Below, in pieces: positions 34,972 to 46,439 of a stretch of DNA of 64,000 bases (position 1 is its first letter; the number at the start of each line of letters is the position of its first letter). The stretch is taken from assembly GCA_950097015.1 (NCBI GenBank), contig CATNEN010000001.1, positions 8,432,001 to 8,496,000 on the forward strand, read 5' to 3'. The stretch comes from Macrostomum hystrix. Taxonomy: Eukaryota > Animalia > Platyhelminthes. Below the pieces are notes generated by a model. The model did no database searches and was not told the DNA's origin. It saw nothing but the letters and a program-made list of their open reading frames with translations. The position numbers and the translations under genes are program-made.

Positions 34972-37900
34972 TGTAATATTCCAATCTAACACGTGTGCTC
35001 GGAATGTTGGCTAGCTGTGCCTAGAACCGCGTGCATTGACCCAACCAATTATCTGCCTGCGATATGTAGATCGATATGCCAATCGATAGTTGCACCCCCA
35101 CCGGTTTGCTCAAATAAAATGACGCGCGCTTGGCGTCACGTTACGCGGGGCGCGGGGCCTTACGTTTCTTCGCACCACACTAAACTACTCTCGTGCGTAC
35201 TTCATACTTTACAGTGGCCTCTCAAGCAGGCCCACCCCAGCTTGCTAAACATGGCTCAATTCATCTCACTGCCTCCCCCTGAGCAATTAAGCACTAGCAC
35301 AGACCTGCAGCGCGCCGGTAAACGCTGGAGCAAATGGGCCGATCATTTTTGCGACTTTATCGATGCATCGGGCATCAAAGACGAAACTCAGAAGTGCAAG
35401 CTTCTTGCCTACACTGCTGGCAGGGAAATCGCGCAAATTATCAAGGACCTTGCCGACGCGGAAGTCTCTGCTGCAGCGAGCACTTCAAGGATCGCAGCAA
35501 CATCGTTTTCGCCTGCTATCAGTTTCGGCTGTGCATCCAGCAAACCGGCGAACCAGTCGATACATGGTACTCCCGCCTCAAGTCAGCGGCCGAACCCTGC
35601 GAGTTCTCAACGCTCAAGGACTCACTCATCAGAGACCAAATCGTCGCGACATCCTGCTCTGACAGACTCCGCCGACAGCTGCTGCAGGAATCAGACATCC
35701 CGCTCATTGACGCACTAAAGCAAGCTCGAGCATTCGAAGCAGCAGAGCAGCAAGCCACAGCCATCGAGAACTCCTCAGGCAGCGTCGCGGCAGAGCACAG
35801 GGCAGCGCCGAAGCAATTTGCAGCGCACCTCGACAGAACAATCAACGAGTTACGAGCGTCCCTACCAGCAGCGGACACGCCACCTGCTACCGCTGCGGCG
35901 AGCGCGGACACAGCTCGTGCGACGCCGCAAGAGGCAAAATCTGCTCGTCCTGCGGCAAGCCCAACCACCTGGCTAAAGCCTGCAGACAGCGCAGACCGCA
36001 GCCCGGCTCCAGCGTCAACGCCGTGGCCGACAGCAACGCCGAGACAGTGCTCATCGATCCCAACTCTCTGGCGGAAGAAGCCTTCACCATACAACCGCCA
36101 AAGCCGGCACAGAGGCCTAACTCTGCAAACACTCGCCTGCGGATCGAGAACAAGGACTTCGTCGTGCTGGTCGACAGCGGAGCCAGCTGTAACGTCATGA
36201 GCGAGGAGAACTTCCGCCACCTTAGCGGAGCTCAGCTGCGCAGCGCCATTCACCCGATATTCAGCTACGGATCAACCTCGCCTCTGCACGTCCTGGGCAT
36301 CGCCGACCTCACCGTGAGCACAGCAGCAATGAGCCAGCGAGTGCCGTTCTACATCGCCAAGGGCGGCGGAACCACACTGCTTGGCTGTGACACCGCCTTC
36401 AGCATGGGAATCCTCCACATCCAGCATCCAACAGCGGAAGTCAACTCTGCGCAGCCGAACAAAGCCCAGGGTGCATCGGGGATTCAAACCCTGCTCACTA
36501 ATCACGGCAACATCGACAAAGACCTGCCAGCCGAGCTCCGCATTTGCAACATCCTTGGTGAGTTGCAGTCCCTTTTCAAAGGCCTCCGCTGCGTAAAAGG
36601 CATCGAGGTCGATGTCCGTCTGCGAGCAGAAGCTGTGCCGATTTGCCTTCCTCCATCCAGGGTTCTCCTCCATCAGCGGCAAGCAGTCGTCGCCGAGCTG
36701 CAGGCCCTCCTGGACCAAGGCATCATCGAGCGCGTCAACGGTCCGTCGCCGTGGGTCTCCCGAAAGAGAACGGCAGCATCCGCATCTGCCAGGACCTACG
36801 CGACGTCAACTCGTTCGCTGTCCCAGAAAAGCAGCCAATACCAACTTTCGAGGAGATCACGGACGAGATGGCGGGCTCCACGGTCTTCAGCGAGCTCGAC
36901 ATCGCCAAGGCCTTTCATCAGATCGTCGTCAAGCCCGAATCTCGCCACATCTTCACGTTCAGCACTCCCCTAGGCCTGATGAGACTGACCAGGCTCAGCA
37001 TGGGCTTCGCCAACGCGTCCGAAATTCTGCAAAGAGTAATGACAGGCGTTCTCAGCGGCCTCCGGGGTGTCCGATGGGCGCACGACGACATCATGGTCTT
37101 TGCGAGGACTGTTGAAGAGCACAACATCCGTCTGAGAGAGTGTCTGCATCGCCTCAAGGACCACGGCATTACGCTGAACCCGGACAAGTGTCGACTAGCC
37201 CAGCCCTTCATTGACTTCCTCGGGATGCGCATCAGTGCTAGAGGTGTTCAGCCCGCGGCCGAGAAAATCAAGGCACTGAAGGACTTCAAGGAACCGACAA
37301 GCGTGACGGAGCTGCGCTCCTTCCTCGGCTTAGCCACTTACCTGTCCAGGTTTGTCCCAAACTTCTCGGACCTGACCCAGCCGATGCGAGAGTTGCTAAA
37401 GAAGGGTCAGACATGGTGCTGGACGGCGAAGTAACAAGAAGCATTTCAGCAAACAAGAGCCGAGATATGCAAAGAAAGTGTCCTGGCCTTCTTCGACGTC
37501 AGCCTTCGAACAGAAGTCCACGTTGACGCATCGCCTATCGGGCTCGGAGCCATCCTCAGCCAAGTAGACAAAGGGGTCCGCAGACCCGTCGCCTTTGCCA
37601 GCCGGTCGCTCACGCCCAGCGCTACGCCCAGATCGAACGTGAAGCACTCGCCGTAAAATTCGGCTGCCTGTGCTTTGAGCACTACCTCAGCGGCTGCCCC
37701 GATCTCACGGTCGTCACGGACCATCGACCACTGGTCTCGCTGTTCCAGCCCGGGTCCAGAACTCCACTAAGGATCGAGCGAATGGCCCTACGAGTGCAGC
37801 ATCTCAGCTTCAAGCTCATTTACGAGCCAGGACCGCAGAACCCAGCAGACATCCTCAGCCGGCAACCGGAGATGCAGACTAAGGACACGTGTGCTCGGAA

Positions 37901-38102
37901 TGTTGGCTAGCTGTGCCTAGAACCACGTGCATTGACCCAACCAATTATCTGCCTGCAATATCAGATATGTACATCGATATGCCAATCGATAGTTGCACCC
38001 CCACCGCGTCATAAAATGACGCGCGCTTGGCCGGTTTGGGCCGTACGATTCTTCGCACCACACTAAACTACATGTACTCTCGTGCGGACTTCATACTTTA
38101 CA
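34972..38102 (+). mobile_element. Ty3/Gypsy (Mag-like) LTR retrotransposon, defective, integrase deleted
   Basis: 5' LTR 34972-35213 (TGTAA...TTACA) then GTGGC PBS-like sequence; 3' LTR 37885-38102 lacking its first ~17 nt; flanks TCGTG/TCTTG (near-TSD). Gag with CCHC knuckles, protease VLVDSGAS, RT, RNase H VDASPIGLGA/TDHRPL/NPADILSR. Confidence 0.93.
35251..37880 (+). pseudogene. gag-pol of the Gypsy element (frameshifts, in-frame stop at 37434)
   Basis: ORFs 35334-36200, 36023-36973 and 36643-37434 in different frames; RT ELDIAKAFHQI...WAHDDIMVF. Confidence 0.9.
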
Positions 38103-38934
38103 TCTTGCGAAAAATCTTTATCTGTATGAGCCTGCTCATACTTTTGCTCAGAACAATCTGCGCTTTTTCTTATCGCCGTTAAGTGTGCTTCATTGAAACT
38201 CTTCGCTTTCGGTTTTGATCTTTGTTTATTGTTATTTTTTCGTCATCGGCATGCCAATGTGGGGCATTTCTTTTAAGGCCTGTGTTATCAGGCCAATTTA
38301 TCAATTCAATGACTTAATGCACTGCATAGAGATGAGACACGGGAGAGTTGAGACACTTTATATTTTAGCCGCGTGTATTTTACATTTATATTTTTTTATT
38401 TTATATACTTTATATTTTAGTTAGCTCAAAAGTAGCTGTCTTGTGCTAAATGTGCCTTAATTTAACATAAAAACAAAAAAAACTATTTTTTCACAATGAA
38501 ACTGCCTGACCGAATTTTAAATAAGACTCAAACAATTAGTATTTTCGTATTATTTTCTCGTCCACAATGCGCAATAGTTTAGTTTTAGCGAGTTGCCTTC
38601 AAGTTTCAAAATTCACAAATAACTGAGACCTGAAATTCTTAATATCATAATTAGTTCCTGATCTTTCATAATGTGTCTGTTGTGAAAATGTTCCATTAGA
38701 TTTTCGCACTATTTGTGTAAGTGTCTTTTGGGTTTTGCTTCGTTGTTGGAATTCGGCTGTTTGAGTTAGTAACTGATTTAAATATACTCATCTCTAAGGC
38801 TGTCTCTCTACGGAGATCTTGTGATTAAATACGCTCTCAATAATTTTAAGCGCAGGTATTGATATCCGCTTTTTAGCTGACAATGCATCTTAAAAATTAA
38901 TATTAGTCAAGTGCCTTCATGGGTTTCTTGCCTT

Positions 38935-39075
38935 TCCTTGATTTTCTCATTGTCAGGCAGTGTACACTCTCACTGTGCCTTGAACCAATTAAAATTATTG
39001 TGACCTCGCCGCGGAATCGAGCACGGGTACCTTGGTGCGAAGAGGCAAAAGCGTTAGACCGCTCTGCAACCCACC
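38935..39075 (-). mobile_element. SINE family 1, partial
   Basis: CTCATTGTCAGGCAGTGTACACTCTCACTG and CGCCGCGGAATCGA. Confidence 0.7.
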
Positions 39076-39386
39076 CCCAGTATTCTTATCTAGTCTAGTC
39101 TAGTGTCCTTAGATAAACTATTTTTCTAGACCAAATTTTCTATACTCTTAACCAACTGCTTATCTCTACGCCTGTAATACCTGTGTGTACCTGGCCTTGT
39201 GCTGGTACACAACCCATAGGCATGGCAACTAAACATGATTCATTTCAGGCGCTGGCACCATTTACTAGAGTTTATGCATCGACCTAGTTAATATTAAAGT
39301 ATAGACCAAATAGACAAAGATTTTCTTCAATCTTATCGCTCTTATGAGCTTCTTATTTTGAAGAAAAACATCCAACTTGTTTTCTG

Positions 39387-39393
39387 TATAAAA
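39387..39393 (+). promoter_or_regulatory. TATA box candidate of gene C
   Basis: TATAAAA ~88 nt upstream of ATG 39475. Confidence 0.5.
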
Positions 39394-39474
39394 CCAGTCC
39401 GTACACTTAGATTAACTGCAAGTACTGGCGAGGAGAAAACTCTGTTAAAAAGGATTGAAAACTATATTGCAGCG

Positions 39475-42400
39475 ATGAAGCTGTCTCACATAGGCCTGAT
39501 AGCTCTAATAAGTTGCACTGGACTTACTAACGCCCAGCTTAACCAAAGTGTGAGCACCCAAGTCTCTGGGACAGGTGAGACACTTGTCTAATTTTTTATT
39601 ACTACTCAAACTGAGATGACAATACTAAAACTGAGTTGAGAGTACTAAGACTGAGTTGACAGTACTAAGACTGAGTTGACAGTACTCAAACTGAGGTGAC
39701 ACTACTCAAACTAAGGTGACAGTAGTTCAGTGTTGCCACAGGTAGTTCTCAGATTCTTAGCAGTTCTAGACTCGCAGTAAACATCTCGATAAAATATTAA
39801 AAGAAATTTTCAGCATGCCTGCGGATACTGGCACATCATTCGGTCACACTAGGACCGCAGTCAGCGAGGAGGCAATTCTGCCAATTTCACTGACTCCTGA
39901 GCACTTACTCGCATACAACATACTCGCGAGAACATCTGCCCTGACTTTTTCATCTCTTTCATTTCAGTAATTGTACACTTTCACATTGCCTTGGAGGTTG
40001 GTACTTATAGGCGTAAATTGCACGACAAGCCTCCAAGCCCTCTCTTCGTGCTGGGTCCCAAATAAATATAGGCTCGCCGCGGAATCGAACTAAGGGACCT
40101 TGGCGCGAGAGGCAAACGCGTTATACCGCTCTGCCACTACTCCACAAAATTTCAATACCTCTCTTTAAAATACCTCAAAAGGAGAGACCTACTTGGGCTG
40201 CTTCGTTGACAACGAACAGCGCGATCTGCCGCACTGCAAGGACGCCGGTCACGAGGCCACCAAGGAGTTCTGCTGGAACTACTGTCGCAAGGCCGGCTTC
40301 AAGTACTTTGGCCTGCAGTACAGCAGCGAGTGCTTTTGTGGCAACACCTACGGTCGATACGGTAGGGGTGCCGACAACACTTGCAACATGCCCTGCCTGG
40401 GCGACAAGAGGACAAAGTGTGGAGGCAGCTGGAGAAACCAGGTCTACACCACCGGACTGGCTAGCAGAGCTGGTGAAGCCAGTAAGCTTTCGAAGACTAA
40501 ACAGTTTTTTGTTTAACGTCAAATAGAATATAAAAAGTGCTTGCTTACTGTGATGGAATTGCATTGCATGTGACAGACCCTTTGCTATGTGTCGCGTCGC
40601 CAGTGTACGCTTGGCGCTCCTCATCTATTTATGCGTGTTGGGGCACGTGTGCGTGGGGTAGGTGTTGTTGAACTACAGCAATGTGCACTTTTATTTGAGA
40701 CGATGAAGCAGATTGAGAATCGTCTATGTCCACAACCTCTGCTGCTTGTACAGGATCAAGCCCAAAATACACTAGCTTTTGTAGCGTAAAGCTGCTCAAC
40801 AGGAGCACTAGATTTAGACCGTAAAAGGCCAAGCTAGAGGCTAGCCACTAAATTGGGTCGTCTCCGTCATCTGACTCAGAAGTAACAGGTGTTGCGTCAG
40901 AGAGAGAGTCATTTCAATTCTTTATATATAGCCCAATCGGCTAGCCTCAGGGCTCTCTGAGTAAAGTTAATTTATACGTTCGTACTGCCTTCAATCAATA
41001 ACACTCAGAGTTAAGTTTTATTCCTATACACTTACTGTATAATATTCACATCGTCTTGCTACAGCACCTGGAATGGTTCATCTCGGATGCTTCGTTGATG
41101 CTGGAACACGCGATCTCACAATTAAGACCGCCACTGGTGGTATGACGGTCAGCAAGTGCTACGGCCTCTGCAAGAGACAGGGCTACAGGTTCTTCGGCGT
41201 GCAATACGGTGACGAGTGCTTCTGTGGCAATCACTACGGCCGATACGGCAGGCGAGACACGAACGAATGCAGGATGCAGTGCAGCGGTGACAAGACCACC
41301 TACTGCGGAGCTGGCTGGAGAAACGATATCTTCTCAACTGGCGTCGAATTCGCCACCGAATGTGAGCACAAAATCTTTTTTTTCATTTCGCGATAAGCGA
41401 TGGCATGTTTATCAAAAGAACGGACAGATGGAAACTAAAAATATCTAAGGAATGAAAATTTTCGTATTGTCACTACAAGTCTCGGTAGTTTTGCGAGTGC
41501 ATTGTTTTTTCAATTGTATATTATACGCTAACATCGAAATAATTAATACTTTAAGCCACTGGAGTCACTCTTCTCGGCTGCTTCGTTGACAACGAACAGC
41601 GCGATCTGCCGCACTACAAGGACGCCGGTCACGAGGCCACCAAGGAGTTCTGCTGGAACTACTGTCGCAAGGCCGGCTTCAAGTACTTTGGCCTGCAGTA
41701 CAGCAGCCAGTGCTTTTGTGGCAACACCTACGGTCGATACGGAAAGGGCGCCGACAACACTTGCAACATGCCCTGCCAGGGCGACGAGCGGACAAAGTGT
41801 GGAGGCAACTGGAGAAACCAGGTCTACACAACCGGACTGGCTAGCAGAGCTGGTGAAGCCAGTAAGCTTTCGAAGACTAAACAGTTTTTGTTTAACGTCA
41901 AATAGAATATAAAAAGTGCTTGCTTACTGTGATGGAATTGCATTGCATGTGACAGACCCTTTGCTATGTGTCGCGTCGCCAGTGTACGCTTGGCGCTCCT
42001 CATCTATTTATGCGTGTTGGGGCACGTGTGCATGGGGTAGGTGTTGCGTCAGAGAGAGAGTCATTTCAATTCTTTATATATAGCCCAATCGGCTAGCCTC
42101 AGGGCTCTCTGAGTAAAGTTAATTTATACGTTCGTACTGCCTTCAATCAATAACACTCAGAGTTAAGTTTTATTCCTATACACTTACTGTATAATATTCA
42201 CATCGTCTTGCTACAGCACCTGGAATGGTTCATCTCGGATGCTTCGTTGATGCTGGAACACGCGATCTCACAATTAAGACCGCCACTGGTGGTATGACGG
42301 TCAGCAAGTGCTACGGCCTCTGCAAGAGACAGGGCTACAGGTTCTTCGGCGTGCAATACGGTGACGAGTGCTTCTGTGGCAATCACTACGGCCGATACGG

Positions 42401-42527
42401 CAGGCGAGACACGAACGAATGCAGGATGCAGTGCAGCGGTGACAAGACCACCTACTGCGGAGCTGGCTGGAGAAACGATATCTTCACCACCGGACTCGAG
42501 GAAGAAAGCAATAATTTTTTGAACTGA
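39475..42527 (+). CDS. Gene C: short secreted 4xWSC protein (~437 aa), inverted partial duplicate of gene B
   Basis: Exons 39475-39574 (signal peptide MKLSHIGLIALISCTGLTNA), 40182-40481, 41065-41361, 41556-41861, 42217-42527; all introns phase 1; 1314 nt open frame. Confidence 0.75.
39600..39725. repeat. 20-bp minisatellite
   Basis: AGTACTAAGACTGAGTTGAC-like units, ~6 copies. Confidence 0.85.
39815..40142 (-). mobile_element. SINE family 1 copy, co-duplicated with the gene B intron (counterpart 56966-57277)
   Basis: Both SINE and flanks are reverse complements of 56925-57370. Confidence 0.85.
40549..41030. mobile_element. Solo LTR (482 bp) with 5-bp TSD CTTAC
   Basis: TGT...ACA ends; CTTAC at 40544-40548 and 41031-41035; absent from the homologous gene B intron 51082-51176. 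Confidence 0.85.
41928..42182. mobile_element. Duplicate of the solo LTR with a 227-bp internal deletion
   Basis: Same ends and TSD; the segment between AGGTGTTG direct repeats (40660/40887) is missing. Confidence 0.85.
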
Positions 42528-42597
42528 ATGTATTTATTCTTTACAAACAATGGCTGCTTTCGATTGGAATTTATAGTTTTAATTAAAACTATCATAC

Positions 42598-42668
42598 GGC
42601 GGAGTTGCTAGTCTCGGCTGCTACATCGAAAATGCCTCAAGAGATCTGCAATTGGTGTACAGAGCAGC
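42598..42668 (+). pseudogene. Truncated dead fifth WSC exon of gene C
   Basis: GVASLGCYIENASRDLQLVYRA homologous to gene B exon 50700; acceptor TAG mutated to ACG; homology stops abruptly. Confidence 0.75.
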
Positions 42669-43656
42669 AGTATAAAAAATGACACCCCCTTTTCTAAATG
42701 GCGAAATACATAGGAAGTACCGCATAGGAAAATCCTATGTGACGATATACATGTAAGCTTATTGTATCAGTAAATTACGTTTTTGCCAACTATTATCTTA
42801 TGTATTTCGTATTTTATATAAATTGTTTTTTTTGTGTTCTATTCGCAACTGTTATTGGACCTACGGTTTTACGTATAATAGTATTAAATCTTAATTTTTT
42901 ACGGTATATCGTATTTAAATAGCGTTCGAACGCGTATTTTCTACCTTATCCGACCTCGTTGTACCTGTACTTGTACTTGTCCTTCTTCGTCCTCTGGCTG
43001 CCGTCACTCGCTCACGGCCGTCCTATGCATTGTGACAATAAATATAATGCACCGCTACACTAATATAATAATTTCTGTCTTCGTTAGTCTTTATTGCCGT
43101 CTTCGTCACACCTATACTCATAGAAAATATTTCAAGTCCGAACATTATTGTTGTGAGATACCTCGAAACTTTCCGAGTTGTACAGCCATACGCATGCTGC
43201 ATAGTTTTAAACTGCATAATTTCTTAAACTTTGAGAAGTTGCACTGTTTATTCTTTAAAAGAAAACTGATGCTCAAGTAAAAACTAATTCAACTAGTTTT
43301 AACCCACAAACAGACACGATAGCAATTGATCACAAAATAATTCTTTGTGAATGTCATGCTCACTCGCATAGGCACGACGCTTTGACTTGGGATCTCTTAA
43401 AAGTTTAAAGTTTTACTCCTATTAAGTTGGTCAAATTTTTCAATATCCCCTTAATTCAGAAAACCTTTACCTGAAATTTGATTTTGTAAATATTTGTACT
43501 GGAATTTGTCAAGCACTTATCTTTGTTCTTGATGATTGCATTTTAGTATTAGGAAGAAATTTGTGTGCCAGAGCGATAACTTTAATTTCCTATTGCCAGC
43601 TGAAAATTGAAAAATGGGAAAATTTGATTAGCTTAGATAGAAATTTCGCTGTTTAA

Positions 43657-43735
43657 GGGGGCGAGTGGGTCAGCGGCTTACGTCGCTGCCTCGCACTCCA
43701 AAGGACGCTAGTTCGATTCACCCTTCAAGTCACGA
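43657..43735 (+). mobile_element. tRNA-like SINE head (third type)
   Basis: GGGGCGAGTGGGTCAGCGG (A box) ... GTTCGATTC (B box); no proper acceptor stem. Confidence 0.5.
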
Positions 43736-45037
43736 TTAATTTCGGGACTTGTTGGGGGTTTGAACAGTAGCGACCAGCGGAGGTGCACCATATTTCGTGC
43801 AATCAAAGCTTGAAATAATAGCTTCGCTCCTACCTTCTGTGTGCCTGTTCTGCGTTGTGTGAGTTGTGTGCGTTGGCGCTGGGGCGTGAGGCCTTGCGGG
43901 GGTGGCTGGAGGGCGGGTGTACACCGCCGCGCGCTTTCTGGACTTCCGTCAGCGCGATTGGATAAGTGTACACTCATCACCCGGCCCCCCCTGAGGACTG
44001 ATTTCTTATCAGCCTTCCGCCCCGGCTTGGTCTGCTATGTGCGTGTGGGGCTGGGGTGGGGACACTGCTGCCTATTCTGGGTGCCTCCTGCCCTCCCCGG
44101 CTGGTCTGTGCTGCTGTGTGTGGTGGCCTGCTCAGGGGAGGCGGCGCGATGGGCGCAAAAGCGCCTAGTTCGCCGGTCTGGGGGCGTGCCGCTCCGTCGC
44201 TTGTGCGACAAGTGCCCCGGGCCCCCCTGCAAAATATATAGATTTGGGTATTTGTTACTGAAGCTCCTGCCCAAGTAGGGCTGTGTTCTTCGCATAAACA
44301 ACTGGCTTTGGTGTCATCTGTCTACAAGTAAATAATTGAGGTACTGAAGTAGATTAAGTCTGGCAAATTACAATTGTATTTGGGTGCACATCAGATTTGT
44401 TTTCCTCAACTTCCTCAACTATGTGCTTAAAGAGATTGCTTGTTAAATTTAAAAGCTTTGAGCTCAATACTAAACCTTCCGTCGTTTTTTTCTCTACTCT
44501 CTTCCAGTTAGCAGTGGGAAAAAGCTGCTAAGCTAAGCCATTTTTAACACGTTAAAAAGATATTTCCGCAGGGAAAAGAACCTAACGAAAATCTCTAACC
44601 CAGAACAAAGGCGCACAATGTCCCGATTCATATGTAGAGAACTAAGTATAGAACGAAGTATAGAACGAACTTTATATTCTCTTTAGGTGCAATTGGTCCG
44701 TTCACGTTCCACGTTATGTTACATTATGAGATGAATTCACTAATAAAGTGGCTGGCATTGTTCGGAATTTTGAAAGCTTAACAGCCGAGTACAAATACAA
44801 TGTTATAGCTCGTATACAATGACACAGAATTGCACAAAAATGAAAAGAAACTAGTGGGCTTCGTAGAAAAAATACTTAAATCAAGATGCCGCTGCCCTGA
44901 GATCATAGTTTTATTTTAGAATTGCTGTAACTGCATGCGTAACTCATTCTTTAGCGCTCTGACGATCAAGATTTTTAAGAATCAGCATGGTCGGAAAGCT
45001 TGATCAAATGTAACACTTGGAACACGATAAAATTACA

Positions 45038-45970
45038 CCACTAGCAGTTATCAATTCAAGGACCACTAGCAGTTATCAATTCAAGGACCACTAGCAGTTA
45101 TCAATTCAAGGACCACTAGCAGTTATCAATTCAACGACCACTAGCAGTTATCAATTCAAGGACCACTAGCAGTTATCAATTCAAGGACCACTAGCAGTTC
45201 TCACTTCAACGACCACTAGCAGTTATCACTTCAACGACCACTAGCAGTTATCAATTCAAGGACCACTAGCAGTTATCAATTCAACGACAAATAGCAGTTA
45301 TCAATTCAAGGACCACTAGCAGTTATCACTTCAACGACCACTAGCAGTTATCAATTCAAGGACCACTAGCAGTTATCACTTCAACGACCACTAGCAGTTA
45401 TCACTTCAATGACCACTAGCAGTTATCAGTTCAAGGACCACTAGCAGTTATCAGTTCAACGACCACTAGCAGTTATCAGTTCAACGACCACTAGCAGTTA
45501 TCACTTCAACGACCACTAGCAGTTATCCATTCAAGGACCACTAGCAGTTATCACTTCAACGACCACTAGCAGTTATCAATTCAAGGACCACTAGCAGTTA
45601 TCAATTCAACGACCACTAGCAGTTATCAATTCAACGACCACTAGCAGTTATCCATTCAAGGACCACTAGCAGTTATCAGTTCAAGGACCACTAGCAGTTA
45701 TCAATTCAAGGACCACTAGCAGTTATCAATTCAAGGACCACTAGCAGTTATCAATTCAAGGACCACTAGCAGTTATCAATTCAAGGACCACTAGCAGTTA
45801 TCAATTCAAGGACCACTAGCAGTTATTACTTCAAGAACCACTAGCAGTTCTCACTTCAACGACCACTAGCAGTTATCAATTCAACGACCACTAGCAGTTA
45901 TCACTTCAAGGACCACTAGCAGTTATCACTTCAAGGACCACTAGTAGTTATCACTTCAAGAACCACTAGC
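45038..45970. repeat. 25-bp minisatellite
   Basis: Tandem CCACTAGCAGTTATCAATTCAAGGA, ~37 copies. Confidence 0.98.
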
Positions 45971-46439
45971 AACTAGTATGTTATACCAATTGATATTGAA
46001 TCATGCTTGACAATCTTCTCGGCTTTACATTTCTTCATAACAAATTGTGCATGCTTATGCAATTCTCATTTACTTATCGAGTTGACAAATTCAACGGACT
46101 TATATACGGGCGTACAATCGTATTGTTAGCCACGGTTCTATAAGCTCCATCTACTTGTGTTTTTAATGTTACACGTACCAGAGCATCATACTCTTACATT
46201 CGTTTTCTCAGAACTGGCAGAAAAGTAAAGAACTCAACAATTTTTCGTTATAGTTAAACAGAGGAAAAATTTCGCATTAATTATCTTTTGCCGTTAAAAT
46301 TTATTTGATGTTAAATGGAGTCATGGTTAACTCAATGATTATTCTTTCCCAACACCTTTTAATGTTAAGACTTGTAGCGCAGAGTTTGTCTTGTAAATTC
46401 TTCTATAATTTGGTGCTCTCAAAAAATGACAGATTGTCA

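Noticed and set aside
43657-43735. tRNA gene (also the SINE heads at ~15330-15396 and ~16953-17010)
   Set aside because: A/B boxes are present but there is no complete cloverleaf or acceptor stem; these are SINE heads
45038-45970. Regular 25-bp repeats (also the 22-, 17- and 16-bp arrays) as CRISPR arrays
   Set aside because: Head-to-tail repeats without unique spacers; eukaryotic context; no cas genes
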